The notes under the pieces were generated by a model. That model did no database searches. It was not told the origin of the DNA and saw nothing but the letters and a program-made list of their open reading frames with translations. 41,644 nt of DNA from Bacteroidota bacterium (GTDB taxonomy: Bacteria > Bacteroidota > Bacteroidia > NS11-12g > UBA955): assembly GCA_009918425.1 (NCBI GenBank), contig RGEC01000001.1, positions 1 to 41,644 of the forward strand, in the 5' to 3' direction. Positions 1 through 8,791 of this stretch are shown one piece after another. Within the stretch, counting starts at the first letter, position 1. Each line of letters starts with the position of its first letter. Both the position numbers and the translations under genes were made by a program.

Positions 1-294
1 CAAATAATGGCTGATCCCTGTCAGAATGATCAAAGATGCGGCAGCTACTGTTGCATATCTTCTAAACAGTATTAAATGATTTTTTCTTTTGGGGATATTT
101 AGTAACGTATTTTTATTGGGGAAAAAAATATTATCCTCGTCTGTCAGGATGGTTGCTTTTAACAGTTCATATTCATCTTTCAGATTTTTATCCTTTTGAA
201 TCTGTTCCAATAGTTTGATTTTTTCCTGCTCGTTAAGATTTCCCTCCAGCAGGTCAAACAGAAGCATGATGTCTTTTTCGCTGATGCTTTTCAT
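1..294 (-). CDS. Putative single-pass anti-sigma factor / membrane protein, C-terminal part cut off by the window edge
   Basis: Not in the ORF track because it runs off the window. Hand translation of the minus strand from the ATG at 294 gives MKSISEKDIMLLFDLLEGNLNEQEKIKLLEQIQKDKNLKDEYELLKATILTDEDN...RRYATVAAASLIILTGISHYL, open down to position 1. It has one hydrophobic TM stretch. Its ATG overlaps the TGA stop of the upstream ECF sigma gene (ATGA at 291-294). Confidence 0.5.
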   Translation of the reverse strand, partial: MKSISEKDIMLLFDLLEGNLNEQEKIKLLEQIQKDKNLKDEYELLKATILTDEDNIFFPNKNTLLNIPKRKNHLILFRRYATVAAASLIILTGISHYL

Positions 295-779
295 AACAAG
301 GCCTCCATACTTCCAAGGTGGTTTTTTAGACTTTGTCTTGCCCTAAAAATATATACTTTTACCTGAGATGCATTTAATCCGGTTATGGAGCCGATTTCCT
401 CATAGGTGTAGCCCTCGTAATCGCGCAGAAGAATGACGGTGCGCTGTATTTCCGGCAGTATTGCTACCGCCTTGCTGAGCACTTCCTTGAGTCCGCTATA
501 CTCTGTGGAAGGAGCAACTTGGTTCATAGCGGTTTCATCGGTAATGGTCATCATTTTCTTATTTTTTCTCCAGTGGTCAACCATGAGGTGATAGGCCACG
601 GTAAACAGGTAGCTTTTCGACTTTTCTGTATCCACCCCGTTTCGGTGCAACCAGAGTTTTTCAAAACTAAGCTGTACAATTTCCTTGGCTTCATCGGTGT
701 CTTTCAGGTTTTTTAGGGCAAATCGGTACAATCCGTCACTGAATGCATGCACGCATTGTTCAAATTGTTCCTCATTCAT
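291..779 (-). CDS. RNA polymerase ECF-type sigma-70 factor
   Basis: 162 aa. Sigma region 2 (DEAKEIVQLSFEKLWLH, FTVAYHLMVDHWRK) and region 4 HTH (YEGYTYEEIGSITGLNASQVKVYIFRARQSL) are typical of group 4 sigma factors. Confidence 0.9.
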   Translation of the reverse strand: MNEEQFEQCVHAFSDGLYRFALKNLKDTDEAKEIVQLSFEKLWLHRNGVDTEKSKSYLFTVAYHLMVDHWRKNKKMMTITDETAMNQVAPSTEYSGLKEVLSKAVAILPEIQRTVILLRDYEGYTYEEIGSITGLNASQVKVYIFRARQSLKNHLGSMEALL

Positions 780-822
780 CCCGGTTGGTATTATTACGAT
801 GTTACCTGCACAATAGTTACAG

Positions 823-830
823 TATCTTTG
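823..830 (+). promoter_or_regulatory. Bacteroidota -7 promoter box TATCTTTG (TAnnTTTG)
   Basis: Perfect match to TAnnTTTG, ending 8 nt before the ATG at 839. Confidence 0.5.
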
Positions 831-838
831 AAAAAATT

Positions 839-1567
839 ATGCCGAAGTGGTTTGAAAGCTGGTTTGATTCGGAATATTATCATGTTTTATACAAAAACAG
901 GGATGATGCAGAGGCGGCTCGCTTTATTGAGAACATATGCCGGTATCTGCAGCTGGGACAAGGGTTTTCAGTAGCCGACATTGCCTGTGGAAAAGGTCGT
1001 CATAGCCGTGTTCTGGCATCGCTGGGTTTTGACGTTACAGGTCTGGATATTAGCGCTGCGAGTATTGAATATGCCCGTTCTGTGTCCGGTCCAAATGAAC
1101 ATTATTTTGTGCATGATATGCGCCATTTATTCCCTGTGTCGGAGCTTGATGCGGGCTTTAATCTTTTTACCAGTTTTGGATATTTTGAAAATAGTGCCGA
1201 TGATTTGTTGTCTTTGAATAACATATATCAGGCCCTAAAACCTAACGGTATTTTTGTGCAGGATTATCTAAATCCGGATCATACTATATCGCACTTAAAG
1301 GCAGAAGAAAAGGTGCATCGAGGTCATGTTAGTTTTAATATCAGCCGCTATGTGCAGAATGGATTTATTAAAAAAGATATTGAGGTAATGGATGGTGCTG
1401 AGAAATTGCGATTTCAGGAAAGCGTGAAAGTATACTCTGCCGCAGCATTGAAAACATTGCATGAGCAGGCCGGATTCACCGTTTTAAAAACCTTCGGTGA
1501 TTATTCTTTGCAACCTTTCAATGAAAAATCCTCAGCGCGCATTATCCTTGTATCGCAAAAACCTTAG
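839..1567 (+). CDS. Class I SAM-dependent methyltransferase
   Basis: Track ORF 743..1567 trimmed to the internal ATG at 839 (MPKWFESWF...). The 5' extension overlaps the divergent sigma gene, and a -7 box sits at 823-830. SAM-binding motif I VADIACGKGRHS, followed by FDVTGLDIS. Confidence 0.8.
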   Translation: MPKWFESWFDSEYYHVLYKNRDDAEAARFIENICRYLQLGQGFSVADIACGKGRHSRVLASLGFDVTGLDISAASIEYARSVSGPNEHYFVHDMRHLFPVSELDAGFNLFTSFGYFENSADDLLSLNNIYQALKPNGIFVQDYLNPDHTISHLKAEEKVHRGHVSFNISRYVQNGFIKKDIEVMDGAEKLRFQESVKVYSAAALKTLHEQAGFTVLKTFGDYSLQPFNEKSSARIILVSQKP

Positions 1568-1572
1568 TTTAC

Positions 1573-2160
1573 ATGCTTCAATTGGATGCAGCCTTATTCA
1601 AACTGATTAACCAGACGCTTTCCGCAGAATGGATGGATGGATGGATGATTTTTTGCAGTTCTCAATTCGGCTGGTTGCCGCTGTATGGCTTGCTGATATA
1701 CTTGCTTTTTAGACATCAGTCATGGAAACCGGGTGCAGTCAGCGTTTTGCTTTTGGTAGCTGCGTTTGGGATTTCGGATAGTTTTACTTCAAGGGTTGTA
1801 AAGCCTTATTTCCAACGGCAACGACCCTATATGGTTGAAAGCAACCTTGCCCGGCTTCCGGAAATTTCTGCTGAGGAAAAATCCCGGTTTATCCAGGATA
1901 ATCGCACCAATTATGGCTTTGTAAGCAGCCACGCCTCCAATTTTTTTGCTGTTATGTTGCTGTCCTCACTGCTGTTGAATCTGAAAGGATACAGAAAGTT
2001 TATATTGTTGCTAATCGCTTCGCTGGTAGCCTATTCACGGGTGTATTTAGGTAAGCATTATCCGCTGGATGTAGTTTGTGGAGGCCTTCTGGGATGCCTA
2101 ATTGCGATTGGGTTGTTTGTCCTGTACCGCAGGTGGATATTGCCTAAGCTGATCCATTAA
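1573..2160 (+). CDS. PAP2-family (type 2 phosphatidic acid / undecaprenyl-diphosphate-like) phosphatase
   Basis: 195 aa with several TM segments. Tripartite PAP2 signature KPYFQRQRP ... SSHAS ... SRVYLGKHYPLDV. Confidence 0.8.
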   Translation: MLQLDAALFKLINQTLSAEWMDGWMIFCSSQFGWLPLYGLLIYLLFRHQSWKPGAVSVLLLVAAFGISDSFTSRVVKPYFQRQRPYMVESNLARLPEISAEEKSRFIQDNRTNYGFVSSHASNFFAVMLLSSLLLNLKGYRKFILLLIASLVAYSRVYLGKHYPLDVVCGGLLGCLIAIGLFVLYRRWILPKLIH

Positions 2161-2193
2161 TCAATTCTGCTGCACAGACTTTATCTTCGCGGC

Positions 2194-2973
2194 ATGGCTT
2201 ATGAATTTATATTGGTAGAACCGCAGGTAGCTCCTTATGTGGCCTTGATACGGTTAAATCGGCCCAAAGAATATAACGCACTTAACCTACAGCTTATGGG
2301 TGAGGTGCGCAATGCCCTGAAACAGCTTGATGAAGATGAGCAGGTACGGGCTATTGTAATTACGGGAAACGAAAAGGCTTTCGCTGCCGGTGCAGACATC
2401 AAGCAAATGGCCGGAAAAACCGCTATTGATATGTTGCAAATTGATCAGTTTAGTACCTGGGACGCCATTCGCCGCACCAAAAAGCCGATTATAGCTGCAG
2501 TGAGTGGTTTTGCGCTGGGCGGAGGATGCGAGCTGGTAATGCATTGCGATATGGTGGTGGCTTCGGAAACCGCGCAGTTCGGCCAGCCTGAAATAAACAT
2601 TGGTGTGATGCCCGGTGCAGGAGGTACGCAACGCCTTACACGTGCCGTGGGAAAGGTAAGGGCCATGGAAATGGTACTGACCGGCAGATTCATTTCTGCA
2701 CAGGAAGCAAAGGAAGCGGGCTTGATTAATAAAATTGTGCCGGTGGAATTGTATCTGGATGAAGCCATTAAAATGGCATGTGTTGTAGCAGAAAAATCTC
2801 CCATCGCGGTTCAGCTGGCTAAAGAAAGCGTACTTAAGGCCTTTGATACCCATCTGCAAGAAGGATTGTATTTTGAGCGCAAGAACTTCTATATGCTTTT
2901 TGCCACCGAAGACCAGAAAGAGGGTATGAATGCTTTTGTGGAAAAGCGTAAGCCCGATTTTAAAGGCAGATAA
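2194..2973 (+). CDS. Enoyl-CoA hydratase (crotonase family)
   Basis: 259 aa. Motifs LNRPKEYNALN, AFAAGADIKQM, GFALGGGCELVMHCD, QPEINIGVMPGAGGTQRL and the C-terminal EGMNAFVEKRKP are all characteristic of short-chain enoyl-CoA hydratases. Confidence 0.9.
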   Translation: MAYEFILVEPQVAPYVALIRLNRPKEYNALNLQLMGEVRNALKQLDEDEQVRAIVITGNEKAFAAGADIKQMAGKTAIDMLQIDQFSTWDAIRRTKKPIIAAVSGFALGGGCELVMHCDMVVASETAQFGQPEINIGVMPGAGGTQRLTRAVGKVRAMEMVLTGRFISAQEAKEAGLINKIVPVELYLDEAIKMACVVAEKSPIAVQLAKESVLKAFDTHLQEGLYFERKNFYMLFATEDQKEGMNAFVEKRKPDFKGR

Positions 2974-2987
2974 TAAATTAAAAGCAT

Positions 2988-3022
2988 AAAAAAAACCCGG
3001 CTGACACCGGGTTTTTTATTTT
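2988..3022. terminator. Bidirectional rho-independent terminator
   Basis: AAAAAACCCGG-ctgaca-CCGGGTTTTTT lies between convergent genes. A-tract and T-tract flank the GC stem. Confidence 0.8.
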
Positions 3023-3035
3023 TGTCTTGTTGGGA

Positions 3036-3920
3036 TTATTTAACGTCGCACTGAGCAGCGTTAACCACTTCATAGGCAGTACCGTTCTTTTTCCAAAGAA
3101 TGGCAGCAACCATGGTGTTGGCAGGGGTGAAAGCATCCCAGCGCTTGAAAGCGTTGTAACGCGAAGCCAATGCAGGCAGTTCCCAAGTGAATGACTTGCT
3201 TCCGCTAATTTCCTGACCTGAAGCAGGGTTGCTCATTACAGCTGAAGGAGAGAAGGCATCCATAGGGCTGGCAGCAGTTCCATAAGCAGTGGCGCGTACA
3301 ATGTGCTTGTGGTCAGTGATTCCGCCTGAAGCACCACTTTGGGTAGCAGTTACAGACTTTTCGCATAGTATCAGAGACAGGTAATAATCACCTGATCCGG
3401 CAGAGAATGCCTTGGCTTTGTAGTCAATATTGATTACGTTTCCGCTGGCTGTAGCTCTAACAGCAACGCCTGCAGAAGGCGCAGCAGCTTTGAAAGTGTT
3501 GGCAGCGCTGGTGATAGAAGCTGTAGTTACTTCGCTGTTACCCAGGAAGGTGTTGTTGGCAAAGAAGTGAGGGATATAACCATTGGGCTTGGTTTGTGCA
3601 TACAGGTATATGGCAAAAGGAGCAACCATAGCAGTATCTTTCTTTGCGCCACCGGGAGTGTAGATAGGAGTCAGGAGAGAAGAGCCGGAGGTATGCAAAT
3701 CGATAGCTACGATATCCGGATTATCAAGCGTTCCTTTAAAAGTAGGCCCACCGTAAGTTCCGCAGGGACCGCACCAGGTAGCGGTGTTGTAAATCAGCAG
3801 GGTTCTTTGAGTGTTTTCAACGGTGAATGCATCTGCAGCGGGACCGTCAGTTTTCTTCTTTTTGCAGGCAACGGTCATGGTCAGAGCCACGGCTGAAGCG
3901 ATGAACAATAGTTTTTTCAT
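3036..3920 (-). CDS. Surface/outer-membrane lipoprotein with thioredoxin-type WCGPC motif (Omp28-related-like)
   Basis: 294 aa. Lipoprotein signal MKKLLFIASAVALTMTVAC. TATWCGPCG motif about 50 aa from the N-terminus. The rest is Ala/Ser/Thr/Gly-rich. Resemblance to the Bacteroidota Omp28-related family is from memory, not searched. Confidence 0.6.
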   Translation of the reverse strand: MKKLLFIASAVALTMTVACKKKKTDGPAADAFTVENTQRTLLIYNTATWCGPCGTYGGPTFKGTLDNPDIVAIDLHTSGSSLLTPIYTPGGAKKDTAMVAPFAIYLYAQTKPNGYIPHFFANNTFLGNSEVTTASITSAANTFKAAAPSAGVAVRATASGNVINIDYKAKAFSAGSGDYYLSLILCEKSVTATQSGASGGITDHKHIVRATAYGTAASPMDAFSPSAVMSNPASGQEISGSKSFTWELPALASRYNAFKRWDAFTPANTMVAAILWKKNGTAYEVVNAAQCDVK

Positions 3921-4147
3921 GTTTTAGTAGTTTTAGTCTGAATAGGCTTCAAATAAAGCTAATGTTAGGGAGAATTTCAATACCGATGTAAAAAAATATT
4001 TTACGCGACGAAGAAAATGACTGCTAAATGATAAATATTCAATCATTTGATAATTGTGTAAAGGCTCTGTAAGTTAATCCAAAGATTGGGTAATCGGTTT
4101 AATACAGGATTTTATCGTTAAATGATAGGCATTGCAGCAATGATAGA

Positions 4148-4155
4148 TACCTTTG
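4148..4155 (+). promoter_or_regulatory. -7 promoter box TACCTTTG
   Basis: Perfect TAnnTTTG, ending 4 nt before the GTG start at 4160. Confidence 0.5.
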
Positions 4156-4159
4156 TGCC

Positions 4160-5662
4160 GTGCGTGGTGTTATAGCCAGACAAAGTTTGTGGGCATCCGT
4201 TATCAACTATGCCGGAAGTGCAGTAGGTTTATTTACTACATTCTATCTCTTTCCGCTCGTTTACACGGTAGAAGAAAACGGCATTATCCGAATGTTTATT
4301 GAGATTGGTGCTCTTCTTGCAGGCGTTGCTCAAATGGGGACAGGATACTCAATATGGAAGTTTTTCCCGCGTTTTAAAAATGAGGAGAAGGGTCACCACG
4401 GGGCAGGATTTTGGCTGGTTACAATTCCGTTTGTGGGATTTTCTCTGGTGGCACTTGCACTGCTTTTGTTTCAGCCTCAGGTAGTTTCTTATCTCGAGAT
4501 TAATTCTTCTGCCTTTCTCAAATACTATTACTTGCTGATTCCCTTCATTTTCTTTTTCAGTTACAATACAGTACTGGAAGTTTTTTCTGCTTCATTGAGC
4601 AACATTCTGTTTTCCAGTTTTATCCGTGAAAATGTAGTCAGAATTCTGCTGGGATTTATCGGTTTTGTGTTCTACCTCAGCTGGATTGACTTCGATACGG
4701 CGGTAAAACTTACACCTGCTGTTTATGCATTTGCAGCATTCCTGAATTTGTGGTTTGTATTGCGCAGTACCAGATTGTCTTTTCGACCTGATTTTGGACA
4801 TATTTCAGCCCAAACAGGAATGAAAAGGGAATTCTCGGTATATACCGGTTATCTGTTTCTTACCTATTTGGCAAACCTTTTTATACAGCGCCTTGATTTT
4901 GTGATGATCAGTGCGCTTGATGGTCTGATAGCCACAGGAATATATTCTATCGCTGTAAATCTGGCAGTAATTATAGAAATACCCACACGCAGCATACTTC
5001 AAATTTCAAATCCTGTTCTTTCGGATGCGATGCACAGAGGAGATAAACCTGAAATGAAGCGTTTGTATGAGAAAACCACCCTGAATCAATTCATTATCGG
5101 CGGGATTGTTTTGCTTTTGATCTGGGTGAATATTGATTTGTTTTATCATTGGATGCCCAACGGAAGTAAGTATGAACCCGGTAAATGGGCGGTATTGATT
5201 TTAGGGCTGGGAAAACTTTGTATGTTGCTTCAGGGAAATAGCTCGGCCATACTTATTTTTTCTCACAGGTATTATTTATCGCTGATTATAAATGCTGCAT
5301 GTCTGATTGCCGGTGTGGTTTTAAATAATTACATGATTCCCATTTATGGGATTGAGGGCGCTGCCGCTTCAACAGCTTTGGTGTGGCTTTTGGGTGCTAT
5401 GATTACGGGTGTTATAATCTGGTTTATGTATCGGTTAAATCCTTACAACAGCAAGGTTTTTATTATGCTGGTCCTTTTGGTTTTTAACTTGATATTTATC
5501 AGCATGGTAAACTTAACAGGTGTGTTTTGGGTGGATCTAATGCTGAAAAATATTACCGTGCTTGGCACTACAATTTTTGTTTTGTTAAAGTTCAAACTGA
5601 GTGAAGATATTGAGAGTATGGGTAGAAAACTGTTGTCAAAAGTGGGTATTGTAAAGCCATGA
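4160..5662 (+). CDS. Wzx-like oligo/polysaccharide flippase (MOP superfamily polysaccharide biosynthesis protein)
   Basis: 500 aa, GTG start, about 12-14 hydrophobic segments throughout. It sits immediately upstream of sugar-nucleotide biosynthesis genes. Confidence 0.75.
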   Translation: MRGVIARQSLWASVINYAGSAVGLFTTFYLFPLVYTVEENGIIRMFIEIGALLAGVAQMGTGYSIWKFFPRFKNEEKGHHGAGFWLVTIPFVGFSLVALALLLFQPQVVSYLEINSSAFLKYYYLLIPFIFFFSYNTVLEVFSASLSNILFSSFIRENVVRILLGFIGFVFYLSWIDFDTAVKLTPAVYAFAAFLNLWFVLRSTRLSFRPDFGHISAQTGMKREFSVYTGYLFLTYLANLFIQRLDFVMISALDGLIATGIYSIAVNLAVIIEIPTRSILQISNPVLSDAMHRGDKPEMKRLYEKTTLNQFIIGGIVLLLIWVNIDLFYHWMPNGSKYEPGKWAVLILGLGKLCMLLQGNSSAILIFSHRYYLSLIINAACLIAGVVLNNYMIPIYGIEGAAASTALVWLLGAMITGVIIWFMYRLNPYNSKVFIMLVLLVFNLIFISMVNLTGVFWVDLMLKNITVLGTTIFVLLKFKLSEDIESMGRKLLSKVGIVKP

Positions 5663-5690
5663 CGCAGTGGAATATCCATCAATAAAATAT

Positions 5691-5698
5691 TAACTTTG
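5691..5698 (+). promoter_or_regulatory. -7 promoter box TAACTTTG
   Basis: Perfect TAnnTTTG, ending 5 nt before the pseB ATG at 5704. Confidence 0.5.
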
Positions 5699-5703
5699 CA
5701 AAT

Positions 5704-6738
5704 ATGTTCGAAAGTCATTTCCCTGATTTAAACAAAAAGAGCGTGCTCATTACCGGTGGCACCGGATCCTTCGGCAAGAAGTTTATGGAGACACTGCTTC
5801 AGCTCTATCCGCAGATGGAGCGCCTTGTGGTTTACAGCAGGGATGAGCTAAAGCAGTTTGAAATGAGCCAGAAGTGGAGCTCAGGTTCTGATCACAGAAT
5901 CCGGTATTTTTTGGGTGATGTTCGTGATCTGGATCGTTTGAGGCGCGCTTTGGAGGGGATAGATATTGTGATTCATGCTGCGGCATTGAAACAGGTGCCT
6001 GCGGCAGAATACAATCCCTGGGAATTTGTGAAAACCAATGTTATGGGGGCTCAGAATATTATAGAAGCCTCTCTGGATCAGGGAATTGAAAAAGTTGTAG
6101 CCCTTAGCACAGACAAAGCGGCAGCCCCCATCAATTTATATGGAGCTACCAAATTATGCAGCGATAAATTGTTTACTGCTGCCAATAATATTCGTGGCAA
6201 ACGCAACATTACCTTCTCTGTAGTAAGGTACGGAAACGTAATGGGAAGCAGAGGCAGTGTTATGCCCTTTTTTCTGGAGAAAGCCAAAAACGGCAGGTTG
6301 CCCATTACCGATGAAAGAATGACGCGTTTTAACATAACCCTGCAAGATGGCGTGAATCTGGTTTTGCTGGCGCTTAAAAATGCCTGGGGGGGTGAAATTT
6401 TTGTTCCCAAAATTCCGTCCTATAAAATTGGAGACGTGGCCGATGCTATTGGTCCGAATTGTGAGCGGGAAATTGTAGGTATAAGACCCGGTGAAAAGAT
6501 CCACGAGGAAATGATTACCGAGAGTGATAGTTTCAATACCTATGACTGCGGCGATTATTACGCTATATTGCCAACCGTTCCCAATTTTAATATGAATGAC
6601 TGGCAAAATCATTTCAAAGCCGTGCCCGTGCCGCAGGGTTTTAAATACAATAGCGGCGAGAATAATCAGTGGTTATCTGTAGAGGCAATCCGTGAACTCA
6701 TTAAAATTCACATGGATGCTGAATTTGCGCCATTATGA
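5704..6738 (+). CDS. pseB: UDP-N-acetylglucosamine 4,6-dehydratase (inverting), PseB
   Basis: 344 aa, colinear with Helicobacter/Campylobacter PseB (FlaA1). Shared motifs: LITGGTGSFGK, VYSRDELKQ, GDVRD, IHAAALKQVPAAEYNP, ALSTDKAAAPINLYGATKLCSDKLF, VVRYGNVMGSRGSVMPFF, MTRFNITL, GGEIFVPKIPS, GIRPGEKIHE, NNQWL. Confidence 0.9.
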   Translation: MFESHFPDLNKKSVLITGGTGSFGKKFMETLLQLYPQMERLVVYSRDELKQFEMSQKWSSGSDHRIRYFLGDVRDLDRLRRALEGIDIVIHAAALKQVPAAEYNPWEFVKTNVMGAQNIIEASLDQGIEKVVALSTDKAAAPINLYGATKLCSDKLFTAANNIRGKRNITFSVVRYGNVMGSRGSVMPFFLEKAKNGRLPITDERMTRFNITLQDGVNLVLLALKNAWGGEIFVPKIPSYKIGDVADAIGPNCEREIVGIRPGEKIHEEMITESDSFNTYDCGDYYAILPTVPNFNMNDWQNHFKAVPVPQGFKYNSGENNQWLSVEAIRELIKIHMDAEFAPL

Positions 6739-7883
6739 AAAACATTCCTTATGGCCGCCAGCATATAACGCAGCAGGATATTGATGCTGTAAGTGCTGTT
6801 TTACAGGGCGATTTTTTGACCCAGGGACCGGCTGTTGAACAATTTGAAAATGCTTTTGGGCAGCATGTGCATGCTCCACACGCAGTGGCCGTGGCCAACG
6901 GCACAGCCGCGCTTCATTTGTGTGCCATGGCGCTGGATGTTAAGCCGGGAGATAAATGGCTTACTACGCCCATTTCATTTGTAGCAAGCGGAAATTGTAT
7001 ATTGTATTGCGGTGGACAGGTTGATTTTGTGGACATAGATCCTGCTACACTGACCATGGATTTGAACCAGCTGGAAGACAAGGTAAAGACAGGTAAGTAC
7101 AAAGGGGTTATTCCTGTAGATTTTGCCGGCTACCCGGTAAGGATGGACGCTGTGAAAAGCTTGGCAGACCGCTATGGGCTCAAAATTATAGAAGATGCCT
7201 GTCATGCGCCCGGCGGTTACTTTACCGATGAAAAAGAAGAGATACGATATTGTGGCGATGGGCAGTATGCAGATCTGGCCATATTTTCCTTTCATCCCGT
7301 TAAGCATATAGCTTGCGGTGAAGGCGGTATGGTCACCGGCAGCAAGCAGAGCCTTGTTGAAAAAGTAAAGCTGCTGCGCACACATGGAATTACCCGCGAT
7401 CCGAATAAAATGCATGCCAATCATGGTGGCTGGTATATGGAAATGCAGGAGCTTGGCTACAATTATCGTATGCCTGACGTGCTTTGTGCGCTTGGTTCAT
7501 CACAGCTTACCCGAGCAGAAGAAGGACTTGTGAAACGCAGAGAAATAGCCCGCCGATACAGTGAAGCATTTGCCGGCCTTAACTTATCATTCACTCATGT
7601 TCCTGAGGGAGTAGGCCATGCCTATCATCTCTACGTAATTACCACAACGCACAGAAAGCAGCTCTATGACTTTTTGAGAGAAAAAGGGGTTTTTGCACAA
7701 GTACATTACATACCCATGCACACCATGCCTTATTACAAAAACATGGGTTTTAAGCAGGGCGATTTTCCCAAGGCCGAAAAATATTACGAGGATTGCCTTA
7801 GCCTGCCTATGTATCCTTCCTTATCTGCAGAAGATCAGGATTATGTAATTGGACTGATAAAGGATTTTTTGCAGCAACATTAA
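6735..7883 (+). CDS. pseC: UDP-4-amino-4,6-dideoxy-N-acetyl-beta-L-altrosamine transaminase, PseC (DegT/DnrJ/EryC1 family)
   Basis: 382 aa. ATG overlaps the pseB stop (ATGA at 6735-6738). N-terminal IPYGRQHITQQDIDAV, PLP-lysine region SFHPVKHI, LGYNYRMPD. It holds the same position as pseC in known pse clusters. Confidence 0.85.
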   Translation: MKNIPYGRQHITQQDIDAVSAVLQGDFLTQGPAVEQFENAFGQHVHAPHAVAVANGTAALHLCAMALDVKPGDKWLTTPISFVASGNCILYCGGQVDFVDIDPATLTMDLNQLEDKVKTGKYKGVIPVDFAGYPVRMDAVKSLADRYGLKIIEDACHAPGGYFTDEKEEIRYCGDGQYADLAIFSFHPVKHIACGEGGMVTGSKQSLVEKVKLLRTHGITRDPNKMHANHGGWYMEMQELGYNYRMPDVLCALGSSQLTRAEEGLVKRREIARRYSEAFAGLNLSFTHVPEGVGHAYHLYVITTTHRKQLYDFLREKGVFAQVHYIPMHTMPYYKNMGFKQGDFPKAEKYYEDCLSLPMYPSLSAEDQDYVIGLIKDFLQQH

Positions 7884-7899
7884 GCCGGATTAACGAAGC

Positions 7900-8586
7900 A
7901 TGGATAGGATTCTGGCATTAATACCGGCAAGAGGTGGAAGCAAAAGGATACCGGGTAAAAACAGCCGGCCTTTTTTGGGTAAGCCTATCATTCAGTATAG
8001 TATTGATGCGGCGAATTCCTCAGGTTTGTTTTCAGAAATTTACCTTAGTACCGATCACGAGGATATTGCTGCCATTGGCAGAACAGTTGATGTTAAAATT
8101 CACAACCGAAGCAGCGAGACAGCCTCGGATATGGCTACCATCAGCGATGTGATGAAAGAATTATTGGCGGATATGCAGATTAAGCAGGGAGTTCTTTGTA
8201 TGATTTATGCCACTGCGCCATTTATTGACGGTGAAATGCTCAATCGCTCTTATCAGGAGTTTAAACGCTCCGGTGCTGATAGTCTGCTGCCTGTGGTAAG
8301 ATTTTCGTTTCCTATACAAAGGGCATTGAAATCCGATGAAGGTTGGTTGAGTATGATTAAACCGGAAAACATGAACGTTCGCTCACAGGATTTACCACCA
8401 TCCTATCACGATGCCGGTTTGTTTTTTTGGATTAACATTGAAAAATTCTTGCAAACAGGTAAAATATTTACCGATAAAACATGGGCTTTCGAAGTAGATG
8501 AAATGTATTGTCAGGATATAGACACCGAGAGTGACTGGCGTATCGCAGAATTGAAATACCGGATTCTTAGAGAAAAAAAAGATTGA
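7900..8586 (+). CDS. pseF: Pseudaminic acid cytidylyltransferase, PseF
   Basis: 228 aa. IPARGGSKRIPGKN, YATAPF, FPIQRAL, VRSQDLPPSYHDAGLFFW and CQDIDTESDW are colinear with Campylobacter PseF. Confidence 0.8.
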   Translation: MDRILALIPARGGSKRIPGKNSRPFLGKPIIQYSIDAANSSGLFSEIYLSTDHEDIAAIGRTVDVKIHNRSSETASDMATISDVMKELLADMQIKQGVLCMIYATAPFIDGEMLNRSYQEFKRSGADSLLPVVRFSFPIQRALKSDEGWLSMIKPENMNVRSQDLPPSYHDAGLFFWINIEKFLQTGKIFTDKTWAFEVDEMYCQDIDTESDWRIAELKYRILREKKD

Positions 8587-8783
8587 CGATAAGTGCTGTT
8601 AGAGCTTTTTTGTTTTAAATCGCACGCATTAATTAATTTTAAATTGACTGCTTCTGCAGTTGTGCAGTAATCGAATTTAAAGTAAAATAATTCCGGTATT
8701 GGGTAACTGAAAAACGAAATTTGTAATGCTGGATTATCAGATAGCGATTCAGCATTGCGGGTTTAAAACTGCATTGTAATTCT

Positions 8784-8791
8784 TAACTTTG
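8784..8791 (+). promoter_or_regulatory. -7 promoter box TAACTTTG
   Basis: Perfect TAnnTTTG, ending 6 nt before the ATG at 8798. This implies pseI has its own promoter after the 211-bp gap. Confidence 0.5.

Noticed and set aside
743-838. N-terminal extensions of track ORFs: 743 (methyltransferase), 13235 (adk), 18148 (mnmA), 26947 (feoB), 31252 (Uma2), 36718, 8789 and 9854.
   Set aside because: These extensions precede the conserved N-termini of the families (for example MLNLIIFGPPGAGKG for Adk and MADNIALIGNPNCGKS for FeoB). They overlap neighbouring genes or contain the promoter box, so internal ATG starts were preferred.
8726-8779. A 17-codon ORF (MLDYQIAIQHCGFKTAL) in the pseF-pseI spacer, preceded by a near-match GAAATTTG box. 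It could be a leader peptide.
   Set aside because: It is too short and featureless, the box is imperfect, and there is no obvious attenuator logic with the downstream promoter. It is mentioned only within the spacer finding.
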